Positions 46,327 through 55,422 of a DNA stretch of 64,000 nt are shown piece after piece. Each line of letters starts with the position of its first letter. The stretch's first letter is position 1. This DNA comes from Alphaproteobacteria bacterium (GTDB taxonomy: Bacteria > Pseudomonadota > Alphaproteobacteria > Rs-D84). The translations under genes and the position numbers were made by a program. The stretch lies in contig WRCC01000002.1 in the NCBI GenBank assembly GCA_009784235.1, positions 89,687 to 153,686 on the forward strand, written 5' to 3'. Under the pieces are notes generated by a model, which searched no databases, was not told the DNA's origin, and was given only the letters and a program-made list of their open reading frames with translations.

Positions 46327-47031
46327 TTATTGGCCTTTGATACGTGTTCGAAATATTTGATTGCCAATTTTTTGAATCTGTAATTTATCTTCGATACTTC
46401 CCAATTTTTCATGCTCTGCATTTATATCGATTTGTCCAGGGGCAGATATGCATAAATTATATAAATACGCCATCAATCTATCCGGATAAAAGATTTCATC
46501 ATTGGAAGAAATCAGCGAATAATCCGGATTCAGACCAACGCGCCAAAAATCCGATAAGTCACAGGTATTCATTTGCCGAACGGCCAAATCATTTGGCATA
46601 TTTGCACGAGCATTTGCGATATCATAATTATTTTTCGGCGGCTGGAAATGAAAAATTTTACACTCATATTCCATTTCATTAATCTTTACCCAATCCATCA
46701 TCTGCTTGATATATTTGGGTTCTATGACATCATACACCAGATGTTTGCCTGGATTTTGTGCAAATTCCGATTCAGGCACACCGTACAGCCATTTTGGCAT
46801 GCCGCATTTCCAAATATGTTCATTAACAAACAAGGTGGTTGCGCGCGGTGTGTTATAAAAATCTGCTTCGTCCACGAAATAGTATTCGCGACCATCTTTT
46901 TCGCCATCGCGCATTGGGCGTGTGGTCATGGATTTTAATTTATAGAAAACATCCGGCATGACATGTTCGCAGAACCATCCCTTGCCAGAACCAGACAGGC
47001 CGGACAGAAAAACAAGGTGGGGCTTTTGCAT
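46327..47031 (-). CDS. Divergent guanylate-kinase-like P-loop kinase
   Basis: P-loop LSGLSGSGKG. Gmk-like substrate motif KSMTTRPMRDGEKDGREYYFV. AT-rich gene with a ~50 aa C-terminal extension. Confidence 0.5.
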   Translation of the reverse strand: MQKPHLVFLSGLSGSGKGWFCEHVMPDVFYKLKSMTTRPMRDGEKDGREYYFVDEADFYNTPRATTLFVNEHIWKCGMPKWLYGVPESEFAQNPGKHLVYDVIEPKYIKQMMDWVKINEMEYECKIFHFQPPKNNYDIANARANMPNDLAVRQMNTCDLSDFWRVGLNPDYSLISSNDEIFYPDRLMAYLYNLCISAPGQIDINAEHEKLGSIEDKLQIQKIGNQIFRTRIKGQ

Positions 47032-47116
47032 ATTGTGCGCCTTTTTGTTCCATCTCTCTCGGCGACAATATTAATATTAAGTGCACAAAAAAGCAAATTA
47101 TATAATTAATGATGAA

Positions 47117-47137
47117 AGAAAAACCCGCCGAAGCGGG
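47117..47137 (-). terminator. Terminator after rpmH
   Basis: AACCCGCTTCGGCGGGTTTTT on the minus strand. Confidence 0.7.
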
Positions 47138-47144
47138 TTGAAGT

Positions 47145-47297
47145 TTATCGTGCGGCAGACACGGCGACGCGCTTGCGTCCCGCGGCGCGGCGGCGATTCA
47201 ATACATCGCGGCCAGATTTGGTCGCCATTTTCGCGCGGAATCCGTGCGTTTTTACGCGGCGGCAATTCGACGGTTGATAAGTTCTTTTCGTTGACAT
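47145..47297 (-). CDS. rpmH: 50S ribosomal protein L34
   Basis: Hand translation gives [50 protein letters not shown] (50 aa). Absent from the ORF track because it is below the size cutoff. Confidence 0.88.
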   Translation of the reverse strand: MSTKRTYQPSNCRRVKTHGFRAKMATKSGRDVLNRRRAAGRKRVAVSAAR

Positions 47298-47371
47298 GAT
47301 ATGTACCTTTATTTAACTTGCCCGCGCATTTAATCATGGATTTCATCGGAAAGCAAATATTTATTGATTTC

Positions 47372-47390
47372 TGGTTGGGGTGCCTGGATT
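47372..47390. repeat. Direct repeat of the tRNA-Gln 3' end (att-like remnant)
   Basis: TGGTTGGGGTGCCTGGATT is identical to the plus-strand image of tRNA-Gln positions 56-74 at 47533-47551, ~140 bp away. Confidence 0.65.
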
Positions 47391-47465
47391 TGCTCGCCCT
47401 TTGGGCTGCGCGTATCCTCGTATTTATTCGAACTGCGCTTTGCTTGTTCTCATATACTCGGATTC
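47390..47465. repeat. Dispersed ~80 bp repeat R-F, copy 2
   Basis: Shares ...GCTCG...CTGCGCGTATCCTC...TTCGAA...CGCT.TGCT.GTTCT.CATA.CTCGGATTC with 1168..1256. Confidence 0.7.
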
Positions 47466-47532
47466 GAACAGCTGGTTCTCATCTCATACCCCCTGCAACC
47501 AAATTAAAACCCGCAAAAGGCGCGTTTGAATT

Positions 47533-47606
47533 TGGTTGGGGTGCCTGGATTCGAACCAAGATAAACGGAACCAAAATCCGTTGTCCTACCATTAGACGAC
47601 ACCCCA
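47533..47606 (-). tRNA. tRNA-Gln (anticodon UUG)
   Basis: UGGGGUG acceptor. Anticodon loop TTTTGGT. T-loop TTCGAAT. CCA encoded. Closely resembles E. coli tRNA-Gln. Confidence 0.88.
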
Positions 47607-47726
47607 AAAGCCAGCCAATTATATACATGTCGAATAAAAAATCAAGAAATATAAACACAATATAGTTTTTTAACTGGATTTTTTGGTGGCGCCAGATATA
47701 ATCGTCGAAGTCCAAAGGGTATTAAA

Positions 47727-48347
47727 TTGAAAAAGATTATTTTGGCAATTGCCATGTCATTTTTTGTGTTTTCATCGGCCATTGCAGATGATGCGTCCGT
47801 ATTCAACCCAATGTTTGGCGGTAATCGGCATCAGATTCACGTCATGCTGGGCCAAGGGTTTGATTCCGGCGAATTGATTTTATTTAAAAATGCTAATCGG
47901 CCGACGCCTTATTATATGTTGGCGCTGACATATTCCCAGCCGAATACTTTTTTCCGTTTGCCGGGACGCCAATCGATAAACCTGATTAAAACCCAAGGCA
48001 CCGGGTCACGTCGTGCCGGTGATTATGATGGCCGATGCCTGCATGGCTGGCCATGCGAATGGTATAAATATAATTCCGAAATCGCGATGCTGTCCCAGGA
48101 TGTTGTGCTGTGGTCGCCATTTGCTGGTAAATTATATTTCGGCACGGGCGCAGGATTGGGCGTCCAAGGCCGATACAACGACCGCCTGAACACTAAATTC
48201 TTAATCGGATTTCGGATGTTTGCCGGGTATAGGATGACCGAACGCTGGAACACAGAAATTATTATGCAGCATTTTTCCAACGGTGATACCGGTACGAATA
48301 ATTATGTATATGATTTTTATGGAATTGGGGTTTCTTATAGTTTTTAA
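47727..48347 (+). CDS. Lipid A 3-O-deacylase PagL-like outer-membrane protein
   Basis: Signal peptide. Small beta-barrel. C-terminal HFSNGDTGTNN...GIGVSYSF with conserved His-x-Ser as in PagL. Confidence 0.5.
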   Translation: MKKIILAIAMSFFVFSSAIADDASVFNPMFGGNRHQIHVMLGQGFDSGELILFKNANRPTPYYMLALTYSQPNTFFRLPGRQSINLIKTQGTGSRRAGDYDGRCLHGWPCEWYKYNSEIAMLSQDVVLWSPFAGKLYFGTGAGLGVQGRYNDRLNTKFLIGFRMFAGYRMTERWNTEIIMQHFSNGDTGTNNYVYDFYGIGVSYSF

Positions 48348-48352
48348 GAATT

Positions 48353-48445
48353 ACTATTCACTGGATTGCTTCGCGTACGCTCGCAATGACAAAAATAGTG
48401 TTGTCATTGCGAGGAGTGAAACGACGAAGCAATCCAGTGAATAGT
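48353..48445. repeat. P-D palindromic element (arms abutted)
   Basis: ACTATTCACTGGATTGCTTCGCGTACGCTCGCAATGACA...TGTCATTGCGAGGAGTGAAACGACGAAGCAATCCAGTGAATAGT. Same arms as the MITE-like element at 40243..40393 but with no core. Confidence 0.7.
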
Positions 48446-48472
48446 AAAAAACCGCCGATTGGCGGTTTTTAT
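48446..48472. terminator. Bidirectional terminator
   Basis: AAAAAACCGCCGATTGGCGGTTTTT. Confidence 0.7.
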
Positions 48473-49185
48473 TATATTGTCATCCCGTTGGTGACATAAA
48501 GAGTTCCATCGTCCGACCAGATTTTGCCACCCGATTCGTTTACAATCAATTCCCCGGCGGCCAATTCGGCATAATCCAATGGTTCGGACACAAATGCATC
48601 GAATTTTCCAGATGCAACCCATGCCAAATCCAGGGCGGGGCAGCCAGTAACACGAAAGTTTGAAGTTTGAAGTTTGAAGTTTGAAGTTTGGGAGTTCAAC
48701 CCAACCATCAAATCACGAGTTTCAACTTTTTCTTTGGATACATGAATTCTGGTTGAATGGAATGCATTGAAAATAAATGCACCATGCCCCAGTTCCGCAT
48801 AATACAAGCGGTCTTCAATCGGTGCATAAATCAGTGCGATTTTGGTTTCATCGTTTTGGCGCAGCGCCAACGATATCGCAAAATGTGGATTTCCGCGCAC
48901 GAAATTCGCAGCACCGGACAATGACAAAACAAATTCCGAAATCCCGCCGCCATCACGCGATACGTTCGGTGTCAAAATGCCGGCAGTCGGCCGCACCAGC
49001 GACAAATCGGATAGAATCATTTCTTCGATTCGCGTTTGTGCTTTATTTACAAAATCGGTCGCGGATTTTAATGATTGTTGCAGATTTTCAACTTCGGAAA
49101 AATCACGACGCAAACCAGTCGCAGTCCGCTGCAACGCAGCGAACATCTGGTTTAATTCCGAAGAGCCCTTGATTACATTTTCCAT
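48472..49185 (-). CDS. suhB: Inositol monophosphatase (SuhB) homologue lacking catalytic acidic residues
   Basis: IMPase fold motifs AAGELIVNESGG and DLAWVASGKFDAF retained. Metal-binding EE and DPxDGT replaced (PNVSRDGGGISE; LSLSGAANF). AAGTTTG heptamer array at 48656..48683 in frame. Confidence 0.65.
   Translation of the reverse strand: MENVIKGSSELNQMFAALQRTATGLRRDFSEVENLQQSLKSATDFVNKAQTRIEEMILSDLSLVRPTAGILTPNVSRDGGGISEFVLSLSGAANFVRGNPHFAISLALRQNDETKIALIYAPIEDRLYYAELGHGAFIFNAFHSTRIHVSKEKVETRDLMVGLNSQTSNFKLQTSNFRVTGCPALDLAWVASGKFDAFVSEPLDYAELAAGELIVNESGGKIWSDDGTLYVTNGMTI
48656..48683. repeat. Heptamer array H4 (AAGTTTG x4) in-frame in suhB
   Basis: aagtttg aagtttg aagtttg aagtttg, then degenerate ggagttc. 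Encodes the duplicated peptide QTSNFKLQTSNFR. Confidence 0.85.
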
Positions 49186-49395
49186 TTAGAATTTGAAATC
49201 GCCAAATTTCTTTTTGAATTCTGCGGCGCGTTGGCCTTTATCAACCGTTTGACGTTGACCCGTCCATGCAGAATGGTTCAAGTTATCAATAGACAAGACT
49301 TGGTTTTTCTTGACCGCGGAATACATTTTTACAGTTTTGCCGTCTGTCATTGTGACGTCAATTTCGTGATATTCCGGATGAATGTTCTTTTTCAT
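49186..49395 (-). CDS. rpmE: 50S ribosomal protein L31 (non-zinc type B)
   Basis: MKKNIHPEYHEIDVTMTDGKTVKMYSAV...FTGQRQTVDKGQRAAEFKKKFG. Confidence 0.8.
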   Translation of the reverse strand: MKKNIHPEYHEIDVTMTDGKTVKMYSAVKKNQVLSIDNLNHSAWTGQRQTVDKGQRAAEFKKKFGDFKF

Positions 49396-49725
49396 GATGT
49401 TACCTTTTATTAAAACAAGGGCGATTATACATGGAATTTGTTGGAAATCAATCGTTATTTGGATTTTCCCATCAATTTGGACCATATGTCGTTTATCCAT
49501 GACCAAAGGACCCACAGTAAAAATACATTGGCGATGCTGGCGGTCATTTTAAATCCTTTTTATTATGCGCCCGCAGCATAAGATTGATTAGTATGTTTGT
49601 CAAGATATTTGTCGGAAAAAATCGATTAAAAATATTGCATTTTTTATGGTTTTATTCTTGACCGCATCCGGCGGATTTGCTATATTTTCTGGGCAAAAAC
49701 AATATAAATAAAAAGGAAGATTTTT

Positions 49726-52425
49726 ATGTCCGAAATTAATCAGGTAACAGTTCCGCAAAGCGCCATTGAACACGAAATGCAGACGTCTTTCTTGGATTAC
49801 GCGATGAGTGTTATCGTCGGCCGCGCATTGCCAGACGTGCGCGACGGGTGCAAGCCAGTACACCGCAGAATAATGTATGTTATGGATGACGTTGCACGCG
49901 CTGGTGCCAAGCATGTTAAATCCGCGCGTATCGTCGGTGAAGTTATGGGTAAATATCACCCACATGGCGACAGCGCGATTTACGAATCAATGGTTCGCAT
50001 GGCCCAAGATTTTTCGATGGGTGAATTATTGGTCGATGGTCAGGGTAACTTTGGTTCTATGGACGGCGACAATGCCGCCGCGATGCGCTATACCGAAGCA
50101 CGCCTTACCAAATTGGCCGCACAATTAATGGACGACATGGATAAAGATACTGTTGACTGGATGCCCAGCTTTGACGGCAGTCTGGAAGAACCACGCGTAT
50201 TGCCTGCAAAATTTCCAAATTTCTTGGTCAATGGCGGTCAAGGAATCGCCGTCGGTATGGCGACGAATGTGCCGCCTTATAACCTGGGCGAAGTATGTGA
50301 TTCCGTTTTGGCCGTTTTGGACAATAAATCAATCACGGATGAATCATTGTTTCAAATAATTCCGGGTCCGGATTTCCCAACTGGTGGCATTATGATGGGT
50401 CGCGCTGGCGCATACAAAGCGCATATCGGTGGCCGTGGTTCGGTGATTGTTCGCGCAAAAACGCACTTTGAAGATTTGCGTGACCGTGTCCAGATTATCA
50501 TCGACGAAATTCCATACCAAGTGAACAAAGCGCAATTGATTATAAAAATTGCTGAATTGGTCAAAGACAAGCGAATCGAAGGCATTTCCGAAATCCGCGA
50601 CGAATCATCCAAAGAAGGCGTGCGCGTCGTTATCGAATTGAAACGCGATGCGATTGCGGACGTTGTATTGAATCACTTGTTCCAATATACGCAATTACAG
50701 AATTCTTTTCCGGTTAATATGATGGCGTTGAACCGCGGTCGGCCGATGTTGTTTAATGTGCGCGCTGTTATCGATGCGTTTATTGAATTCAGAATCGAAG
50801 TTATTCGCCGTCGTACAATATTTGAATTAAACAAGGCGCGCAATCGCGCACATACTTTACTGGGCCTGTCCGTTGCCGTTGGAAATTTGGATGAAATTAT
50901 CGCGCTTATCAAAGGTTCTGAAAACCCAGAAACCGCACGCAACGCCCTGGTCGGGCGCGGATGGAAAGCGTCTGATATCGAATCATATATTCAATTAATC
51001 GACGACCCAAATACAGAATACAAAGACGGCATGTTCCATATGTCCGAAGACCAGGCAAAGGCAATTCTGGAATTGCAATTGCATCGTTTGACCGGATTGG
51101 AACGTGAAAAAATCCATAATGATTTGGTGGAGTTGGGCGGTGTTATCAAAGGACTGTTGGAAATTTTAGGCAGCCACGAAAAAATCGTCGAAATTATCCG
51201 TACCGAAACCACGACGATACGCGATTCGTTCGCGCAACCGCGCCGCACGCAAATAAGCGACGCCGAAATCGATATCGATATGGAAGATTTAATTGCGCGC
51301 GAAGATATGGTGGTTACTGTGACCAGTACGGGCTATATCAAACGCGTTGCGCTGGATACTTACCGTGCGCAAAAACGCGGCGGCAAGGGTCGCAATGCAA
51401 TGACGACCAAAGAAGACGATTATGTCACGAATGTGTTCGTTGCGAATACGCATACCGCGCTGATGTTCTTTTCCAGCCGCGGAATTTGTTATCGTCTGAA
51501 GACTTATAAGTTACCGGAAGCAGCCGCAAATGCCAAAGGTCGCCCGCTGATTAACTTGCTGCCGTTGGCCGCGGGTGAAACGATTACGACCATATTGCCG
51601 GTGCCGGAAAATACAGAAAATTCATACATGATGTTTGCAACATCGATGGGCACGATTCGTCGTAATGATTTCAGTGACTTTGAATCAATTCGCGCGAATG
51701 GAAAAATCGCAATGAAACTGGAAGAGGGCGAAAGCCTTGTATCCGTCGCGCTGTGCGATGAATCGATGGATGTGTTTATGTCCACATATCGTGGCCGATG
51801 CATACGTTTCCCAGTATCGGAAATTAGAGTATTCCAATCGCGCAATTCAACCGGCGTGCGTGCGATTAAACTTTCCAAAGACGATGGGATTATCGGCATG
51901 GCGATGTTGGCCGGCGGTACGGAAGACCCGGCAACCCGCGCCGCATACATAAAACAATCGCGCGCGGCGCGCCGCGCCGCAACCGGTATCGAAGAAGAAG
52001 CCGGGGATGCGGATGCGGAAGACAACGCAGCCGAATCAGTTGTCTTGGACGATGCAAAAATGGCATCAATGGCTGCGGCGGAACAATTCATTTTGACCAT
52101 TTCTGAAAACGGATTTGGTAAACGCACATCGTCTTATGAATATCGCACAACGCATCGCGGCGGAATGGGATTTGCGAATATCAAGCTCGGCGGGAAAAAT
52201 ACCGCCGTGGCTGGTTCGTTCCCAATCGACGATACGCATGATATTATGATGGTAACGGATGGTGGTAAAATTATCCGCACGCCCGCATCCGACGTTCGCA
52301 TCGCGGGCCGCGCAACTGCTGGCGTAACATTATTCCGTACCGCATCGGACGAAAAAGTCATCAGCGCCGCGACGATTGAGAAAGAGGAAGAGGGCGATGA
52401 AACATCAGAGCAGGTCGCAGAATAA
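49726..52425 (+). CDS. gyrA: DNA gyrase subunit A
   Basis: QRDR-region motif [28 protein letters not shown]. Active-site Tyr region ARYTEARL. Six-bladed C-terminal domain plus acidic tail. Confidence 0.9.
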   Translation: MSEINQVTVPQSAIEHEMQTSFLDYAMSVIVGRALPDVRDGCKPVHRRIMYVMDDVARAGAKHVKSARIVGEVMGKYHPHGDSAIYESMVRMAQDFSMGELLVDGQGNFGSMDGDNAAAMRYTEARLTKLAAQLMDDMDKDTVDWMPSFDGSLEEPRVLPAKFPNFLVNGGQGIAVGMATNVPPYNLGEVCDSVLAVLDNKSITDESLFQIIPGPDFPTGGIMMGRAGAYKAHIGGRGSVIVRAKTHFEDLRDRVQIIIDEIPYQVNKAQLIIKIAELVKDKRIEGISEIRDESSKEGVRVVIELKRDAIADVVLNHLFQYTQLQNSFPVNMMALNRGRPMLFNVRAVIDAFIEFRIEVIRRRTIFELNKARNRAHTLLGLSVAVGNLDEIIALIKGSENPETARNALVGRGWKASDIESYIQLIDDPNTEYKDGMFHMSEDQAKAILELQLHRLTGLEREKIHNDLVELGGVIKGLLEILGSHEKIVEIIRTETTTIRDSFAQPRRTQISDAEIDIDMEDLIAREDMVVTVTSTGYIKRVALDTYRAQKRGGKGRNAMTTKEDDYVTNVFVANTHTALMFFSSRGICYRLKTYKLPEAAANAKGRPLINLLPLAAGETITTILPVPENTENSYMMFATSMGTIRRNDFSDFESIRANGKIAMKLEEGESLVSVALCDESMDVFMSTYRGRCIRFPVSEIRVFQSRNSTGVRAIKLSKDDGIIGMAMLAGGTEDPATRAAYIKQSRAARRAATGIEEEAGDADAEDNAAESVVLDDAKMASMAAAEQFILTISENGFGKRTSSYEYRTTHRGGMGFANIKLGGKNTAVAGSFPIDDTHDIMMVTDGGKIIRTPASDVRIAGRATAGVTLFRTASDEKVISAATIEKEEEGDETSEQVAE

Positions 52426-52427
52426 AA

Positions 52428-52862
52428 ATGAACGAACCGTTTGTATCAATTAATGAATTATCGAAACGTCTGGGCGTGCCGGCGCATACTTTGCGCTATT
52501 GGGAAAAGGCATTCGGGGGTGCGGTGCGTCCGACCACCGGCGCGGGTGGCCGGCGTTATTACCGCGACGAAGATGTGCAAAAAATCACGATGATTCAGGA
52601 TTTATTGTATAACCAGAAATACACAATTGCCGGTGTGAAGAAATTGTTGAATGATGGTGTCATCCCGCAGAGCCGCAAAGCGGCGAGTGCGGGACCTGGT
52701 CAAAACCAGGCGGTAGAAAATATTTTCGACGGCAAACATTTAGATGCGACCAAGTGCAACAAGGTCCCGCACAATTTTGTGTCACAAAATTTGCGGGATG
52801 ACACACAAATCAACGCTGCGCTTGATTTACTGCGACTCGCACGGGCGGAAATTTCAGAATAA
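52428..52862 (+). CDS. MerR-family transcriptional regulator
   Basis: HTH INELSKRLGVPAHTLRYWEKAFG. Confidence 0.6.
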   Translation: MNEPFVSINELSKRLGVPAHTLRYWEKAFGGAVRPTTGAGGRRYYRDEDVQKITMIQDLLYNQKYTIAGVKKLLNDGVIPQSRKAASAGPGQNQAVENIFDGKHLDATKCNKVPHNFVSQNLRDDTQINAALDLLRLARAEISE

Positions 52863-52897
52863 AAACAAAGGGCGCAAATATGCGCCCTTTGTTTTTA
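52861..52897. terminator. Bidirectional terminator
   Basis: AACAAAGGGCGCAAATATGCGCCCTTTGTT flanked by A and T runs. Confidence 0.7.
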
Positions 52898-53206
52898 TTC
52901 TGTTACACATTCGATTGTTTCAGAATCATCAATAATCAAAATCCAATCTTTGCCTTTGTTCCAGGCGACGATTGCAACGCCTTCGAACGTGCCGGCATAT
53001 CGCACGCCAGATGCACTTTCCGTTTTAATTAATGTGATTCCTTGCATATCGACGGTGGCGACAATTTTATCTTTGAATATTTTTGCCGCAATATCAAAAT
53101 CGCCACATTTCATTTTTACGGTTTCCGCTGGTTGTTCAGTGCACGCAGCCAACAAGCCCATAGCAAAAAGTCCACAGACCATAGTAAATAGTAATTGTTT
53201 TCTCAT
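52895..53206 (-). CDS. MliC-family lipoprotein (lysozyme-inhibitor-like)
   Basis: Lipobox LLAACTE. Conserved SASGVRY and WNKGKDW..C motifs of the MliC family. Confidence 0.5.
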   Translation of the reverse strand: MRKQLLFTMVCGLFAMGLLAACTEQPAETVKMKCGDFDIAAKIFKDKIVATVDMQGITLIKTESASGVRYAGTFEGVAIVAWNKGKDWILIIDDSETIECVTE

Positions 53207-53279
53207 GCCTTTCTCCTTTATATAGGAAAATAAATCAAATATGTGGCATGCGCAATAGGAATAAAAATACTATAAGTTT

Positions 53280-55382
53280 TTAAAATATTCCACCAACAAC
53301 CGCGTTATCAATTGGCATACCATCGGCATCAATGATTCCGGTGCGAACGGGTTCGTTCGGGCGCTGGCCGCTTTTGAATGCTTCCATAATAATTGTGCCG
53401 TCTGGGTCTTGGGATGCGGCGACGCCGCTCGCACGATTAACACGTATTAAATCAATTCCATCCGGCACGGAAAACGGCCGATTTGCTTCGCCTGCCAATG
53501 CCGCCGTCATAAAGTCACCAAATACGCGTGCGGCCATATATGAACCTGCGCCGCCGCCCATTGGTTTTGGTGTGTCGTATCCCATCCAGACACCAGCGAC
53601 CAAGTCTTTGGAAAATCCGACGAACCATACGTCTTTGACTTCATTTGTTGTGCCTGTTTTACCGGCGATTGTTTGGCCCGGGACGCGTGCTTGTCGGCCG
53701 GTTCCCATTTCCACCGCGCCTTGTAATATCGATACGATTTGATACAAGGACTGTGGGTCGGACAGCGGTTCGCCTGCTTCGCGTCGCGCTGGTGGATTCA
53801 AGGTTTCTGACCAATCAATATTCGAATTTCGAATTTCGAATTTCGAATTTCGGTTATCGATAACACGTCCATGGCGGTCCTGGACATAGTCAACCAGTTT
53901 CGGTCGATTGGTATGCCCGCCATTAACAAACGCAGCAAAGCCCAGCGTCAGGCGCGACAAAGTCGTTTCGCCAGAGCCAAGTGCCAATGATAAATTCATA
54001 TGCCGCATATCTTCATCATATACGCCAAACCGCTGCGCGGAACGAATTGCATTGCGTACACCGATGGATTCAACCAATCGCACAGTCGGCACGTTGCGTG
54101 ATGTTTCCAAAGAATATCGCAGCGGGATAAGTCCCATAAATTTCCGGTCGTAATTTTCCGGTTTCCACAGCGTGTTGTCTTCACGCCATCCGACAATCGG
54201 CGCATCCAACAGCAATGTTTGCGGCGTATATTTATTTGTTTCCAGCGCGGCCAGATATACAAACGGTTTGATGGTTGAACCAACCTGGCGATTTGCTTGC
54301 GTTGCGCGGTTAAACGAACTTTCTGCAAAAGAATATCCACCGGACATGGCCAATACGCGCCCGGTGTGTGGATTCATTACAATTATCGCGCCTTGCAACC
54401 GTTCCGTACGGCCGCGGTTATACGCATCCAGCGCGGTTTTAAGCGCATTCGCCGCTGCACGTTGATATTCCGGAACGATAGTGGTTTTTATGTATAACCC
54501 TTCGTTATATAATTTTTCACGGCCCAATGTATGCAGTAATTCGCGACGAACTTCTTCGGCGAAATATTGAAAATCGTCTGTCATCTGCGCCATAAATCCG
54601 CTGTTGATGTTTAATTCTTCGGCTTGGGCCATCAGCATTTCATCGCGCGAAATAAATCCTTCTTCCATCATGCGGCGCAGCACGTAATCGCGGCGGAATA
54701 CCGCGCGCGAACGGTCATTTGGTGCTTTTGGCAATGATGCCAGGAATGCAGCTTCGGACAGTGTCAATTCACCGACGGGCTTGTTAAAATACATCAAAGA
54801 CGCCGAACCAACGCCGTACGAACGTGCGCCCAAGAATATCTGGTTCAGATACAGTGTCATTATATGTTGTTTTGAAAAAGAGCGTTCCAGGCGCAGCGCC
54901 AGGATGGCTTCCTTTATCTTGCGTGATAATTTGCGTTCAGACGTTAAAAAGAAATTCTTTGCAACTTGCTGTGTAATCGTGGATGCACCGGTAAATCGTG
55001 CGCCCAAACCCAATGCATGCCGTGCATTATTCAATGTCGCGCGCGTAATGCCGAATATATCAATGCCTGGATGACGCCAGAAGTTTTTATCTTCGGCTGC
55101 GATAAATGCATTAATCAGCATTGGTGGCATATCTTCGAAATCGATAAATACGCGACGTTCTTCGGCATATTCAATCAATAATGAACCATCCGCCGCATAC
55201 AGGCGCGTTGCAACCGGCGGCGCGTATGTCGCCAATTGCCGGTAATCCGGCAAATCATTGCCGTATCGCATAACCAATAATGCAGTCGCGGCAATACCGA
55301 TAACAACCGCCCAAAACAGGCCCAGCATTATCCATTTGGCAAATTTGCGTAATTTTTGAAAAAAGGAAGTTGATGATTTCAC
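53280..55382 (-). CDS. mrcA: Penicillin-binding protein 1A (bifunctional transglycosylase/transpeptidase)
   Basis: GT51 motifs (RFTGASTITQQVAKNFFL; RKIKEAIL). Transpeptidase STIKPF and KTGTTN. Probable GTG start at 55382. H2 heptamer array at 53821..53855 in frame. Confidence 0.85.
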   Translation of the reverse strand: MKSSTSFFQKLRKFAKWIMLGLFWAVVIGIAATALLVMRYGNDLPDYRQLATYAPPVATRLYAADGSLLIEYAEERRVFIDFEDMPPMLINAFIAAEDKNFWRHPGIDIFGITRATLNNARHALGLGARFTGASTITQQVAKNFFLTSERKLSRKIKEAILALRLERSFSKQHIMTLYLNQIFLGARSYGVGSASLMYFNKPVGELTLSEAAFLASLPKAPNDRSRAVFRRDYVLRRMMEEGFISRDEMLMAQAEELNINSGFMAQMTDDFQYFAEEVRRELLHTLGREKLYNEGLYIKTTIVPEYQRAAANALKTALDAYNRGRTERLQGAIIVMNPHTGRVLAMSGGYSFAESSFNRATQANRQVGSTIKPFVYLAALETNKYTPQTLLLDAPIVGWREDNTLWKPENYDRKFMGLIPLRYSLETSRNVPTVRLVESIGVRNAIRSAQRFGVYDEDMRHMNLSLALGSGETTLSRLTLGFAAFVNGGHTNRPKLVDYVQDRHGRVIDNRNSKFEIRNSNIDWSETLNPPARREAGEPLSDPQSLYQIVSILQGAVEMGTGRQARVPGQTIAGKTGTTNEVKDVWFVGFSKDLVAGVWMGYDTPKPMGGGAGSYMAARVFGDFMTAALAGEANRPFSVPDGIDLIRVNRASGVAASQDPDGTIIMEAFKSGQRPNEPVRTGIIDADGMPIDNAVVGGIF
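53821..53855. repeat. Heptamer array H2 (TTCGAAT x5, reverse complement of the UDG copy) in-frame in mrcA
   Basis: ttcgaat ttcgaat ttcgaat ttcgaat ttcggtt. Encodes NRNSKFEIRNSNID. Confidence 0.85.
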
Positions 55383-55422
55383 GAACGCGATTATACACCG
55401 CTTAATCAGAAAATCAAGAATC

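Noticed and set aside
47318-47665. 115 aa plus-strand ORF spanning the tRNA-Gln region
   Set aside because: Overlaps a confidently folded tRNA and repeat sequences. No ribosome-binding site or motif.
49460-49549. Possible 30 aa hydrophobic leader peptide (MTASIANVFLLWVLWSWINDIWSKLMGKSK) immediately upstream of rpmE
   Set aside because: No ribosome-binding site, overlaps the extended rpmE ORF in another frame, and has no conservation evidence. Likely chance.
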